Source of the DNA: Candidatus Iainarchaeum sp. | GTDB lineage: Archaea > Iainarchaeota > Iainarchaeia > Iainarchaeales > GW2011-AR10 | Direction: 5' to 3' | Assembly: GCA_016198165.1 (NCBI GenBank) | Contig: JACQJF010000039.1 | Location: forward strand, 1 to 46,041 | Length of the DNA stretch: 46,041 nucleotides | In this document: piece by piece, positions 15,864 through 24,522 of the stretch | Position numbering within the stretch: position 1 is the first letter of the stretch | Layout of the letters: each line of letters starts with the position of its first letter | Position numbers and translations under genes: made by a program | Notes under the pieces: model-generated | Told to the model about the DNA's origin: nothing | What the model saw: the letters and a program-made list of their open reading frames with translations, nothing else | Database searches by the model: none

Positions 15864-16250
15864 TTATGCAATAGCTTTTATTTCCGCCAGTTTCTTAGGC
15901 TTTAGATTTACGAGCGGCAGTATGAGAATCTCTTTTGTAACTTTTGGTAGAATGTTTTTTCCTTTCTTTTCCAGTTCAATTATGCGGAATTTTTCCAATA
16001 GTTTCAAATCCCTTAAAACAGCGCTAAGCTGTCTGCCAGTCAGCTCACTTAGTTTTGTGGCATTTTTTGGTTTTTTGGCCTGGATCAGCCTCACCAGTTC
16101 CAGTCTTTTCTTTGTGAAAACTCGTGTTATCTCATCATCAGACAGGCTAAGCAAAATGCCCTCATCCGGGTACTTGCCCGGGTTTTTGAATACCCTGTCA
16201 AGGTAGTGTTTTACTGAATTCCATCTTTCATCAGTCATTTTATACGCCAT
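15864..16250 (-). CDS. HTH DNA-binding protein (putative antitoxin/regulator)
   Basis: 128 aa. A winged-helix segment is RLELVRLIQAKKPKNATKLSELTGRQLSAVLRDLKLLEKFRIIELEKKGKN. It starts 6 nt after the stop of the upstream 109-aa gene. Confidence 0.6.
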   Translation of the reverse strand: MAYKMTDERWNSVKHYLDRVFKNPGKYPDEGILLSLSDDEITRVFTKKRLELVRLIQAKKPKNATKLSELTGRQLSAVLRDLKLLEKFRIIELEKKGKNILPKVTKEILILPLVNLKPKKLAEIKAIA

Positions 16251-16256
16251 TTTTTT

Positions 16257-16586
16257 TCACCTCAGCTTCATTCTATCTAAATAATATTTTTTGTATCTTT
16301 CAAAGTTTTCTTTTATTTGATCCAAATAAAAATTGAAAATGTCATTCAAGTCCTTTCCCATGGCCGGAATAGGGATTGGCTCTGGCGTAATCCAATATCT
16401 TTGTTCATGCAAAAACCCATGTGCAGTGTCAACCCTGTAAACCTCGTAAAAACTTTCCTCTATTTTTGTCCTGTAATTCAGCGCAAACGCTTCCACTATA
16501 TTGTTTTCAATTTTGAGTTTTACGTCGAGGAAATCCATTGAAGTCAAGGGGATTGTAAACTTTTTCCACTTTATCACGACAACCAC
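16257..16586 (-). CDS. small protein, putative toxin partner (DUF6516/TumE-like is only a guess)
   Basis: 109 aa with a GTG start. The motif YRVDTAHGFLHEQRYW and the pairing with a downstream HTH gene resemble type II TA layouts. The family name comes from memory of the motif style only. Confidence 0.4.
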   Translation of the reverse strand: MVVVIKWKKFTIPLTSMDFLDVKLKIENNIVEAFALNYRTKIEESFYEVYRVDTAHGFLHEQRYWITPEPIPIPAMGKDLNDIFNFYLDQIKENFERYKKYYLDRMKLR

Positions 16587-16595
16587 GCATATTAA

Positions 16596-16612
16596 TATAC
16601 ATTAAATGTATA
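16596..16612. promoter_or_regulatory. perfect 8-1-8 palindrome in the cassette promoter
   Basis: tatacatt-a-aatgtata lies 10-26 nt upstream of the GTG at 16586 (minus strand). It is a candidate operator and/or TATA region. Confidence 0.35.
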
Positions 16613-16653
16613 GTATTGTTTTTAAACAGTTCTGTAATTTAGGGGTTGTTTAA

Positions 16654-16719
16654 AAAATTGTCTCCATTGCAGCGCTTTTGTTCCACTTTGCAGTCACGCG
16701 CGGAAAAAACCTCAAATAA
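16654..16719 (+). pseudogene. displaced 3' end fragment homologous to the C-terminus of CDS 15307..15708
   Basis: It encodes KIVSIAALLFHFAVTRGKNLK*, compared with the intact ...ASLAALLFHFAVTRGKNLK*. Upstream of the 40-nt repeat the differences are mostly synonymous (gca gcg ctt ttg vs gcc gca ctc cta). It is preceded by an in-frame TAA and has no start codon. Confidence 0.6.
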
Positions 16720-16720
16720 G
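16681..16720 (+). repeat. 40-nt direct repeat, copy 2
   Basis: ttccactttgcagtcacgcgcggaaaaaacctcaaataag. See copy 1. Confidence 0.9.
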
Positions 16721-16755
16721 CTTATATACCAGTTTAACCGTTTTTTTTTTTTTGC

Positions 16756-18603
16756 ATGAAGAATTTGTTTTTCCTCTTTTTACTGTCATTTGTTTTTTTT
16801 GGTTGCATAACCGATTCCGCTTTTACAGGACAGGGCTTGGCTCCAACCAGGAACCTTGCTCCGTCTGCCCAGCCTGATAGCACTCTGGAAAATTATTTGG
16901 TTCCGGCTTTAGAGCCAGTGAACCCGCCACAAGAGCCTGAAACTGAACAAACTGTTTCTGAGGAAGAAAACGTTTTAACTGGTGAATTTGAGGAGCCATT
17001 CAGAATTTCAATAGATGATTTGATAGCAGAGACAGGCTATGTACCGGATCAAACCGGTGGAGAAAGTGAACCCATAAGAAAGCCTAGTACGCCACCACGT
17101 CACTTGTGGAATGCATATGCATTGGAAGGGGTTTCTAATAGTACTTTTACAATGCCGAAAGTCGCTGACTTGGATGGTGATGGTACTAAAGAAATTGTTT
17201 CTGCTTTGATGAGTGCTGATAATACGGGGTATTGTCATGAGGTAATTAAGCAGGGTATTTATACGTGGGATGAACAAGGGCAACTTTTGGAAGGTTTTCC
17301 TGTTTATCTTGAAACACTGAATTACCCCGATAATTGTGGCGGTCTTTCAATCGTAGGAATTGCAGATGTTATCGGCAGCAACAAACTTGAAATTGTGGTT
17401 GCTACTGGGAATGGGTCCATGCCGCGAGGTGGGGTTTATGTCATATCGAACACTGGAAGAGTTATTAGTAAAATCGCCACTAACGTACATTTTTCAGGTG
17501 GTGATATCTGGCACCCTATTTTAGTTAACTTGGATGAGGATGAGAAAAAAGAAATAGTTGCAATAAGACCTCAAAGACCTCTACAAATTAATGGTAAAAT
17601 ATATGCCTGGAATGGAGATGGAACCACTCTTGATGGCTGGCCAGTTTCATTTTTAGGAGAAGATTATGTTTATGATGGGGCAGCAGATGATGTAGATGGT
17701 GATGGGCAAATAGAGCTTTTTTTTCCATCATCGTTTCGTATTGACGATGCTCATTTTGGTGCTCGTCTAAGATCTTACCAGCCAAATGGTACGTTGAACT
17801 GGGTTGTAGATCTTCCCTTTGGGGGGGTTTCTCCGGGGAAAATCATCTTAGCAGATGTAGATCAAGATGGCTCAAAAGAACTGATTATAACGGTGTTCAG
17901 ACAACGTGAGCCAAACGAACATTCTGAAAAGTTAATTGCAATCATTAACTCTGCTGATGGCAGCCTAAAAAATTTTTGGCCGAATCTTAATGGTTATAGC
18001 TATTACGGTAACTTAGCCGTTGGGAATATGGATTCAGACAAAGAGTTAGAAATATTGTATACTGATGTTTACAACATATACGTAGCCGATGCAAATGATG
18101 GCACTCAATTGCCGGGATTTCCAAGGCATTTATGGGATGATGGTTCTTCAGATCCTCCAAATTGGGACATACCTGCAAAAGATTGTGTTGGAAGACCACC
18201 TTATTGCTATGCAACTTCTATAGGAGTTGCTGACCTCATTGGTGATACTAAACAAGAAATATTTACTTTTGCATATAGTTATCTGCCCAGTAATAGACGG
18301 GAGCCAGAGTCTTATTTTATGAGTTTTTTTGCTTTTGACAGCAGTGGTCATACTCTTCCAGGCTTTCCATTTCACTTGAAAAACTATGTTTACGTTCCCG
18401 ATAATGTAGGGTATAGTTGGGGCGAAATAGCTCCTCCAACTTTCACAAATTTAGGTAATGATGGCCTCTCAGACATTGTAACCTCTAAAGGGTTTGGCAG
18501 AATAGAGGCATTCACCATTAACAACACTTATAACGAATCTTTAGCAATTGTTCCGGAATTTGGTGTTGACAGGCAAAATACAAGAACCGTAAAACAGAAT
18601 TAA
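16756..18603 (+). CDS. secreted FG-GAP/VCBS-repeat beta-propeller protein
   Basis: Signal peptide plus FFGC. Seven Ca-binding-like repeats are present: DLDGDGTKEIV, NLDEDEKKEIV, DVDGDGQIELF, DVDQDGSKELI, NMDSDKELEI, DLIGDTKQEIF, NLGNDGLSDIV. Each is preceded by GFP/GWP motifs. Confidence 0.8.
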   Translation: MKNLFFLFLLSFVFFGCITDSAFTGQGLAPTRNLAPSAQPDSTLENYLVPALEPVNPPQEPETEQTVSEEENVLTGEFEEPFRISIDDLIAETGYVPDQTGGESEPIRKPSTPPRHLWNAYALEGVSNSTFTMPKVADLDGDGTKEIVSALMSADNTGYCHEVIKQGIYTWDEQGQLLEGFPVYLETLNYPDNCGGLSIVGIADVIGSNKLEIVVATGNGSMPRGGVYVISNTGRVISKIATNVHFSGGDIWHPILVNLDEDEKKEIVAIRPQRPLQINGKIYAWNGDGTTLDGWPVSFLGEDYVYDGAADDVDGDGQIELFFPSSFRIDDAHFGARLRSYQPNGTLNWVVDLPFGGVSPGKIILADVDQDGSKELIITVFRQREPNEHSEKLIAIINSADGSLKNFWPNLNGYSYYGNLAVGNMDSDKELEILYTDVYNIYVADANDGTQLPGFPRHLWDDGSSDPPNWDIPAKDCVGRPPYCYATSIGVADLIGDTKQEIFTFAYSYLPSNRREPESYFMSFFAFDSSGHTLPGFPFHLKNYVYVPDNVGYSWGEIAPPTFTNLGNDGLSDIVTSKGFGRIEAFTINNTYNESLAIVPEFGVDRQNTRTVKQN

Positions 18604-18827
18604 GCAACTCTAAGTCAACATTTTTTTCCCCATTAGATTTTTATGCTTCTTTCCAGCTTTCTATTTTCCTGCTTTCTGCGTGCATAAGCGCGGGCTGCCA
18701 AAAAAACTTTTTCAGTCCAAAAGCTTTTATATGTATTTTTACATATGGTTGTATGTATTTTTACTAGTGGTGTTTTTTTGTGGAATTTGGCGAAACGGAT
18801 TCAAAGGTTCCAAAATCAGGAATAGCT

Positions 18828-19280
18828 ATGGAAAGAGCCCTAAATGGCTGCATCAAAAGAAAGAGAATCCAGGGCTTCTCCAAAGAGGATGCCAAGACTT
18901 TTTTGGCCAAAGCACATTATCATTTGCAGACAGCAGAGTCTTTTGAATCTGACAGTTTCTTGGACTGGGCAGTAATTGCTTATTATTCCGGCATGTACAT
19001 GGCGGCTAAAGCTTTTACCGCGCATTTTTCTGGCACTGCTGCAAAAGACCATGGCTGCACTATCGCCTTAATGCTCCAGGTTTTGAAGGGAAAAAAGTTT
19101 GCCAAAAAGCTTGGCAGCGCGAGAAAAAAATTTGAGCAGGAGATAGAACTGCTTGGAAAAGTAAGGCAGTACCGGAACAGCGCCTTATACACTGTCACTG
19201 AGGTTAAGGAAAACGACGTGAGAAAAATTGCAAAGAATGCTTTTGAATTCGTGGAAGAGATTGATAAACTGTTGAAGTGA
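18828..19280 (+). CDS. HEPN-domain protein
   Basis: The helical protein has AKAHYHLQTAESF... and the conserved late motif RQYRNSALY. It overlaps the downstream MNT gene (GTGA at 19277-19280). Start uncertain: ATG 18828 or GTG 18780. Confidence 0.7.
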   Translation: MERALNGCIKRKRIQGFSKEDAKTFLAKAHYHLQTAESFESDSFLDWAVIAYYSGMYMAAKAFTAHFSGTAAKDHGCTIALMLQVLKGKKFAKKLGSARKKFEQEIELLGKVRQYRNSALYTVTEVKENDVRKIAKNAFEFVEEIDKLLK

Positions 19281-19900
19281 GCGAAAAAATGCTGTTGCAA
19301 AAGTCAAGACAAAGGGTTCTTTCTGCAATTCTCCGGAACCCAGGCATACATGTAAATGGGCTGATAAGGCTGGTGGGTTCGCTTAGAGGTATCAAGGGAA
19401 TTTTGGATGAACTTGAGAAAGCCGGGTTGATTTATTCAAAGCACGTTGGAAACATAAGGCAGATTTTTCCATTGCTTGGCAGCTCTTTCAGCGTTTCAAC
19501 TTTTGAATTGGTTGAAGAACAGGAAAAACAGGGTGTCATGTCAAAGTTTTCAATAGCTAAAAGTCTTGTCGGGCGTATTGATTTATTCAAAAAGATTTTT
19601 GGCCAAGAACTTGTTTCCATTGCGCTTTTTGGTTCAATAGCGAGGGGGCATTTAACTGAAACATCCGACATAGATATATTGTTCATTGTCAAAAAGGAAA
19701 AAACAGTGCAAAAAAACAAATTGGTCAAATTGTTTCAGACAATCAGCCTCAACACTGGCCGGGAAATAAACCCCGTAATAATTGAAGAAGGCGAGTTCAA
19801 AAAACAGTTGACCAAAGACAGTTCTTTTGCAAGGCAGGTGCAAAAAGAAAGGATAATACTGTGCAATCCAAAGGAATTCCTGTCACTGCAAAACATTTGA
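19277..19900 (+). CDS. wHTH + minimal nucleotidyltransferase (MNT) protein
   Basis: An N-terminal wHTH (RVLSAILRNPGIHVNGLIRLVGS...LEKAGLI) is followed by the NTase signature LFGSIARGHLTETSDIDILFIV. An alternative ATG start is at 19289. Confidence 0.8.
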   Translation: MSEKMLLQKSRQRVLSAILRNPGIHVNGLIRLVGSLRGIKGILDELEKAGLIYSKHVGNIRQIFPLLGSSFSVSTFELVEEQEKQGVMSKFSIAKSLVGRIDLFKKIFGQELVSIALFGSIARGHLTETSDIDILFIVKKEKTVQKNKLVKLFQTISLNTGREINPVIIEEGEFKKQLTKDSSFARQVQKERIILCNPKEFLSLQNI

Positions 19901-19972
19901 AGGTTTGCCTTATTCGGGCTTTTTTTTAGCCTGCATACTTTTTTATACTTCCTTCCCGCTTATCTATTTCCA

Positions 19973-20959
19973 ATGCTTTTGCTTGAAAAAAACGGCGTGT
20001 GCCTGAGTGCCGGCAGAGAAATTTTCGTTGACGCCACAGGTGTGCAGGAGCAAAATGTCCTGGTTACGCACGCGCACTCCGACCACTGCAGGCTGACTTC
20101 TTCAAACAGTTATTTCATGACGCCAGAGACACTTGCACTTGCGTCGCCGAAAAAAAACGTCAACGTACAGGTAAAAGAGTTCGGGGAAAAATTCATGGTG
20201 AACGGCTTTGACGTTTCAATGCACCCGTCAGGCCACATTCTTGGCTCTGCACAGCTTGCCATTGCAAACGGAGTTGAAGCAGTAATAACTTCTGACTTCA
20301 AGTTACAGGAAAGCCTTTTGCTCAAGCCCGCAGAGATTTTGCCGTGCGAGGTCCTGCTCATTGAAACCACTTTTGGCCTGAGGGAATTTTCTTTTCCACC
20401 CCGCGAAGAAGTTTACACAGAAATGGCGAAATGGGCAAAGGAAAAAATTGCCAGCGGTGCTTTTGTAGTCCTTGCTGGCTATGCCACGGGAAAAGCCCAG
20501 GAGCTCACGCGCTTTTCCAACGACTACTTATCAACCGCGCCTCTTGTGCATTCAAGCGTGTTTGAAAAAAACATGTTGGCAAAAAAAGCGGGTGCAAGGC
20601 TTGGGGATTTTGTCGAACTTGACCATAACTTGGGTGACTCGAGCGTTTTGATAATCCCGCCAAGCCTTTTGAACAATTTTCTTTTAGAGGCGCTGTCCAT
20701 GCAGCTTGGGAAAAAAGTGGAGTGCGCGGTTGCAACTGGGTGGAAACGCAGCCGTTTCAAGACTTTTCCGCTTTCAGACCACGCGGACTTTAACCAGTTA
20801 TGCGAGTACGTGAAAAACGCACAGCCAAAGCTCGTGCTCACGCATCATGGTTTTGACAGGGAATTCGCCTCCTCGGTCACAAAAGAGTTCGGCATCCCTG
20901 CAAGGCCCCTGAGCGAGGCGGGGCAGAAAACCCTCTCGGAATTCCTAAATCAGGCCTGA
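19973..20959 (+). CDS. metallo-beta-lactamase-fold (beta-CASP-like) nuclease
   Basis: 328 aa with the HxHxDH motif VTHAHSDHC, a later H (SGHILGSA), and the C-terminal PLSDHADFNQL...LTHHG typical of MBL/beta-CASP exonucleases. Confidence 0.7.
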   Translation: MLLLEKNGVCLSAGREIFVDATGVQEQNVLVTHAHSDHCRLTSSNSYFMTPETLALASPKKNVNVQVKEFGEKFMVNGFDVSMHPSGHILGSAQLAIANGVEAVITSDFKLQESLLLKPAEILPCEVLLIETTFGLREFSFPPREEVYTEMAKWAKEKIASGAFVVLAGYATGKAQELTRFSNDYLSTAPLVHSSVFEKNMLAKKAGARLGDFVELDHNLGDSSVLIIPPSLLNNFLLEALSMQLGKKVECAVATGWKRSRFKTFPLSDHADFNQLCEYVKNAQPKLVLTHHGFDREFASSVTKEFGIPARPLSEAGQKTLSEFLNQA

Positions 20960-20967
20960 CCGTTCCA

Positions 20968-20990
20968 TTTTTTATTTTCTTTATATTTTA
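20968..20990 (+). promoter_or_regulatory. TATA-like box for the aspS operon (near-leaderless)
   Basis: ttttttattttctttatatttta ends 12 nt before ATG 21002. Confidence 0.35.
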
Positions 20991-21001
20991 ATTGTCTCTT
21001 A

Positions 21002-22774
21002 ATGGAAAGGACTCATTATTGCGGGAATGTCCGGGCAGTGGACGCGGGAAAGGGCGTGGTTATTTTTGGCTGGGTTAGCAACAAGCGCGACCACGGGGGC
21101 CTGACCTTCATTGACCTGCGCGACAGGGCTGGTTTTGTCCAGGTCGTGTTTAACGGCGAGAAAAACCACTCAATCCACGGGCAGGCCAAGGGGCTTTCGG
21201 CCGAAGACGTGATTTGCGTCCACGGCTCTGTCCTGAAAAGGCCCAAAGGCACGGAAAACAAGGGCCTGCCCACTGGGGAGGTCGAGGTGGAGGCAAAAAC
21301 ACTTGAACTATTGAACAAGTCGCTTCCTGTGCCCCTTGAGGTCACCGAGCACGTCAATGCAAGCGAGGAAACAAGGCTCAAGTACCGTTTTTTGGACCTG
21401 CGAAGGCATTCAATGCAGGAAAAACTCCTGCTCCGGCACAAGCTAACAAAGGTCGTACGGGACTATTTTGACTCGCACGGCTTTTTGGAGATAGAGACCC
21501 CGATTCTTGCCAAGTCAACTCCTGAAGGGGCGCGCGATTACCTTGTCCCAAGCAGGGTTAACCCGGGCAGGTTTTTTGCCCTCCCCCAGAGCCCCCAGTT
21601 ATTCAAGCAACTCTTAATGGTTTCAGGCTGCGACCGGTACTTCCAGATAGCGCGGTGTTTCCGCGACGAGGACCTGCGCGCCGACCGCCAGCCGGAATTC
21701 ACCCAGATTGACGTTGAAATGAGTTTTATTTCCGAGGAAGACATTTTTGAAATCGTCGAGGGCCTCGTGAAAGAAATTTTTTCAAAGACAATCAACGTTC
21801 AGCTCAAACAGCCGTTTCCGCGGATGTCTTATGACGAGGCAATGGAGCGCTTTGGAGTTGACGCCCCAGACACGCGCTATGGCCTTGAGCTTGTGGATGT
21901 TTCAAAAGAAGTTGAAAATTCCGATTTCAATGTTTTCAAGGACTGCCTCAAGTCCGGTGGCATGGTCAAGTCAATCAACCTCAAGTCGTGCGGCGGTTTT
22001 TCGAAAAAAGAAATCGAGGAACTGACCGAGTTTGTGAAAATCTACAAGGCAAAGGGCCTTGCATGGCTCGTGCATTCAAAGCAGGGCTTTGACGGCCCCG
22101 TTAAAAAGTTTTTTCCCAAAAAAACCCTTGACTTGCTTGCAAAAAAACTCGGCGCAGGCGAAAACGATTTATTGGTTTTTGTCGCAGACAAGCCTTCAAT
22201 TGTAAATCCTGCGTTGGGGTATCTGCGCAAGCACGTGGCAAAAAAAACCGGGCTTGTGAAAGAAAACGTTTTCAACTTTGTCTGGGTGTACGAGTTCCCA
22301 CTTTTGTTTTTCAATGAAGAAGAAAACCGCCTTGAGTCAATGCACCATCCTTTCACTTCTCCAAAACCAGAACACGTTCCACTCCTGGAAAAGGAGCCAT
22401 TGAAAGTTCGGGCGCGCGCATATGACCTCGTGCTCAACGGCATTGAATTGGGGGGCGGGAGCATCAGGATACACTCAACGGAACTTCAGCAGAAAATGTT
22501 TGACGTGCTTGGAATTTCCAGGCCGGAAGCCGAGGCGCGCTTTGGTTTTTTCCTCGAAGCACTAAAATACGGTACTCCGCCGCATGGTGGAATCGCGTTT
22601 GGCCTGGATCGGATTGCAATGCTCCTTGCAGGCGCTGACTCTATCCGCGAGGTCATTGCTTTTCCAAAGAACAAGTCAGCGGTTTCGCTCATGGATGGCG
22701 CGCCAAGCGAGGTTTCAGAAAAACAGCTTCGCGAACTTCGTATAAAGCTTGATTTTTCACAGAAAAAGGGGTGA
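21002..22774 (+). CDS. aspS: aspartyl-tRNA synthetase, bacterial-type (with insertion domain)
   Basis: 590 aa: an OB-fold N-terminus, class II motifs (FFALPQSPQLFKQLLM, FRDEDLRADRQPEFTQID, GGGSIRIH, PPHGGIAFGLDR) and an approximately 130-aa insertion between motifs 2 and 3. Confidence 0.9.
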   Translation: MERTHYCGNVRAVDAGKGVVIFGWVSNKRDHGGLTFIDLRDRAGFVQVVFNGEKNHSIHGQAKGLSAEDVICVHGSVLKRPKGTENKGLPTGEVEVEAKTLELLNKSLPVPLEVTEHVNASEETRLKYRFLDLRRHSMQEKLLLRHKLTKVVRDYFDSHGFLEIETPILAKSTPEGARDYLVPSRVNPGRFFALPQSPQLFKQLLMVSGCDRYFQIARCFRDEDLRADRQPEFTQIDVEMSFISEEDIFEIVEGLVKEIFSKTINVQLKQPFPRMSYDEAMERFGVDAPDTRYGLELVDVSKEVENSDFNVFKDCLKSGGMVKSINLKSCGGFSKKEIEELTEFVKIYKAKGLAWLVHSKQGFDGPVKKFFPKKTLDLLAKKLGAGENDLLVFVADKPSIVNPALGYLRKHVAKKTGLVKENVFNFVWVYEFPLLFFNEEENRLESMHHPFTSPKPEHVPLLEKEPLKVRARAYDLVLNGIELGGGSIRIHSTELQQKMFDVLGISRPEAEARFGFFLEALKYGTPPHGGIAFGLDRIAMLLAGADSIREVIAFPKNKSAVSLMDGAPSEVSEKQLRELRIKLDFSQKKG

Positions 22775-22783
22775 AATTTTTTT

Positions 22784-23077
22784 TTGGAAGAAAAAGTGTC
22801 GCGGGAATTGCTCCAAAAAGTCGCAAAAAATGCACGCCTCAGGCTCTCGGATGCAGAACTGCAAAAGCTTCTTCCGCAGTTTTCCGAAATGCTTGAAACG
22901 TTCAGGAAAATCTCCGAGCTTGACGTGAAAGGCACTGAGCCTGCACTCCACCCCGTTGAAATGAAAAACATTTTCCGCGAAGACAAAGTCGGAGAATGCC
23001 TGCCACAGGACAAGGCTTTTGCAAACACTGTGCACAAAAAGAATGGTTACTTCAAAGGCCCGCGGGTGGTGCAGTGA
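22784..23077 (+). CDS. gatC: Asp/Glu-tRNA amidotransferase subunit C
   Basis: VAKNARLRLSDAELQKLLPQFSEMLETFRKISELDV...PVEMKNIFREDKV is a typical GatC. TTG start at 22784, with an alternative GTG at 22796. Confidence 0.8.
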   Translation: MEEKVSRELLQKVAKNARLRLSDAELQKLLPQFSEMLETFRKISELDVKGTEPALHPVEMKNIFREDKVGECLPQDKAFANTVHKKNGYFKGPRVVQ

Positions 23078-24522
23078 AAGCCATTCCTGTGCATGAACTC
23101 CGTGAAAAAATTTTGAGCGGAGAAACCACCTGCGAAGAACAATGCCATGCGCTGCTTGAGGAAATAAACAGGGCAAACAAAAAGTTCCACCACTTCTGCA
23201 TGGTTTCAGAAAAAATTGCGCTTGCACAGGCGCGTGAACTTGACAAAAAAGTGAAGAAGGGCTTTCGCGGCAAACTCTTGGGCGCGGGTCTGTCAGTCAA
23301 GGATTCAATCTGCGTTGAAGGCGTTGAGACGCGCGCAGGAAGCAAAGTCCTGTCCGGTTACATTCCGCCAAGCAGTGCGACAGTTGTCCAGCGGGCACTT
23401 GGCGAAGGCGCTTTTGTCCTTGGCAAGACCAGCCAGGACGAGTTTGGCTTTGGCTCCTACAGCGTGAACGTCGGAGTGGGTTTTGAAGTTCCACGCAATC
23501 CTTTTGACGAAGGCCGCGCATGCGGCGGCTCAAGCGGTGGGAGCGCGGGCTTTACTTCGCTCACAAAATTTACGCAAGTTTCATTTGGGGAGAGCACGGG
23601 TGGAAGCATTGCATGCCCTGCGAGCTTTTGCGGCAGCGTAGGCCTCACCCCGACTTATGGCAGGCTCAGCCGCCATGGTTTGATTGATTATGGCAACAGC
23701 CTGGACAAAATCGGGCCAATGGCAAAAACCGTTTCCGAGGCAGCATTGCTTTTGGGTGTATCCGCGGGCGCGGACCAGAAGGACTCGACGTGCGTGGACA
23801 AAAAAACCGATTCATTTGAATCGTTTGCAGGCAAAAGCATGAAGGGAAAGACAATCGGCATAGTAAAGGATTTTACCGGGGACGACCTTGACAAGGGAGT
23901 TGCATCCGTTTTTTTCGACACAATCTCTTTTCTCGAAAAAGAGGGAGTGAAAACAAAGGAAGTTTCCCTTTCCATGAACAAAAAATTCGCCATTCCGGCA
24001 TATTACCTACTTTCAACGCCTGAGGCATCCACAAACCTCGCGCGCTACTGCGGCATGCGCTACGGCCTGTCAAATGATTTTTCAGGCAAGAGCTTTGACG
24101 GGTATTTCTCCGAGATACGGAGCAAGGGCTTTGGAATGGAGGCAAAAAGAAGGCTCATGCTCGGCACGTTTGCGCGCATGAGCGGTTTTCGCGACGCGTA
24201 TTATCTGCGCGCATTGAAAGTGCGCAGAAAACTCCTTGGTGAATTCAAGGGGCTTTTCAACAAAGTCGACTTCGTGGTTCACCCTACAATGCCTTTCGTG
24301 GCCCCGACTTTTTCCGAGATTGAAAAACTCACGCCGCTAGAGCATTATTTCGCGGACATTTTCCTCACGCCGTCAAACCTCGGCGGGTTCCCGCACATAT
24401 CCGTGAACGCGGGTTTCCACAAAGGCATGCCCGTGGGGTTCATGTTCACCGCAGACCATTTCGAGGAGCCAATGCTAGTAAGTGCCGGTTCCATGGTTGA
24501 GGGGTTGGCGAAAAATGCTTGA
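23074..24522 (+). CDS. gatA: Asp/Glu-tRNA amidotransferase subunit A (amidase)
   Basis: GTG 23074 overlaps the gatC stop (GTGA). The amidase signature is GGSSGGSA with the catalytic region KDSICVEGVETRAGS. The upstream part of the tracked ORF overlaps gatC and is rejected. Confidence 0.9.
   Translation: MKAIPVHELREKILSGETTCEEQCHALLEEINRANKKFHHFCMVSEKIALAQARELDKKVKKGFRGKLLGAGLSVKDSICVEGVETRAGSKVLSGYIPPSSATVVQRALGEGAFVLGKTSQDEFGFGSYSVNVGVGFEVPRNPFDEGRACGGSSGGSAGFTSLTKFTQVSFGESTGGSIACPASFCGSVGLTPTYGRLSRHGLIDYGNSLDKIGPMAKTVSEAALLLGVSAGADQKDSTCVDKKTDSFESFAGKSMKGKTIGIVKDFTGDDLDKGVASVFFDTISFLEKEGVKTKEVSLSMNKKFAIPAYYLLSTPEASTNLARYCGMRYGLSNDFSGKSFDGYFSEIRSKGFGMEAKRRLMLGTFARMSGFRDAYYLRALKVRRKLLGEFKGLFNKVDFVVHPTMPFVAPTFSEIEKLTPLEHYFADIFLTPSNLGGFPHISVNAGFHKGMPVGFMFTADHFEEPMLVSAGSMVEGLAKNA

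Larger units (their letters stand above)
15670..16720. mobile_element. ~1-kb direct-repeat-bounded insertion cassette (no recombinase gene inside)
   Basis: 40-nt direct repeats lie 1011 nt apart. They enclose double-hairpin copy B, a two-gene TA-like pair and its promoter. The distal repeat is part of a displaced gene 3' end fragment. Confidence 0.45.

Noticed and set aside
18680-18946. 88-aa ORF overlapping the 5' end of the HEPN gene
   Set aside because: It lies in a different frame over the promoter and start region of the HEPN gene. The product is hydrophobic and low-complexity and has no partner logic.
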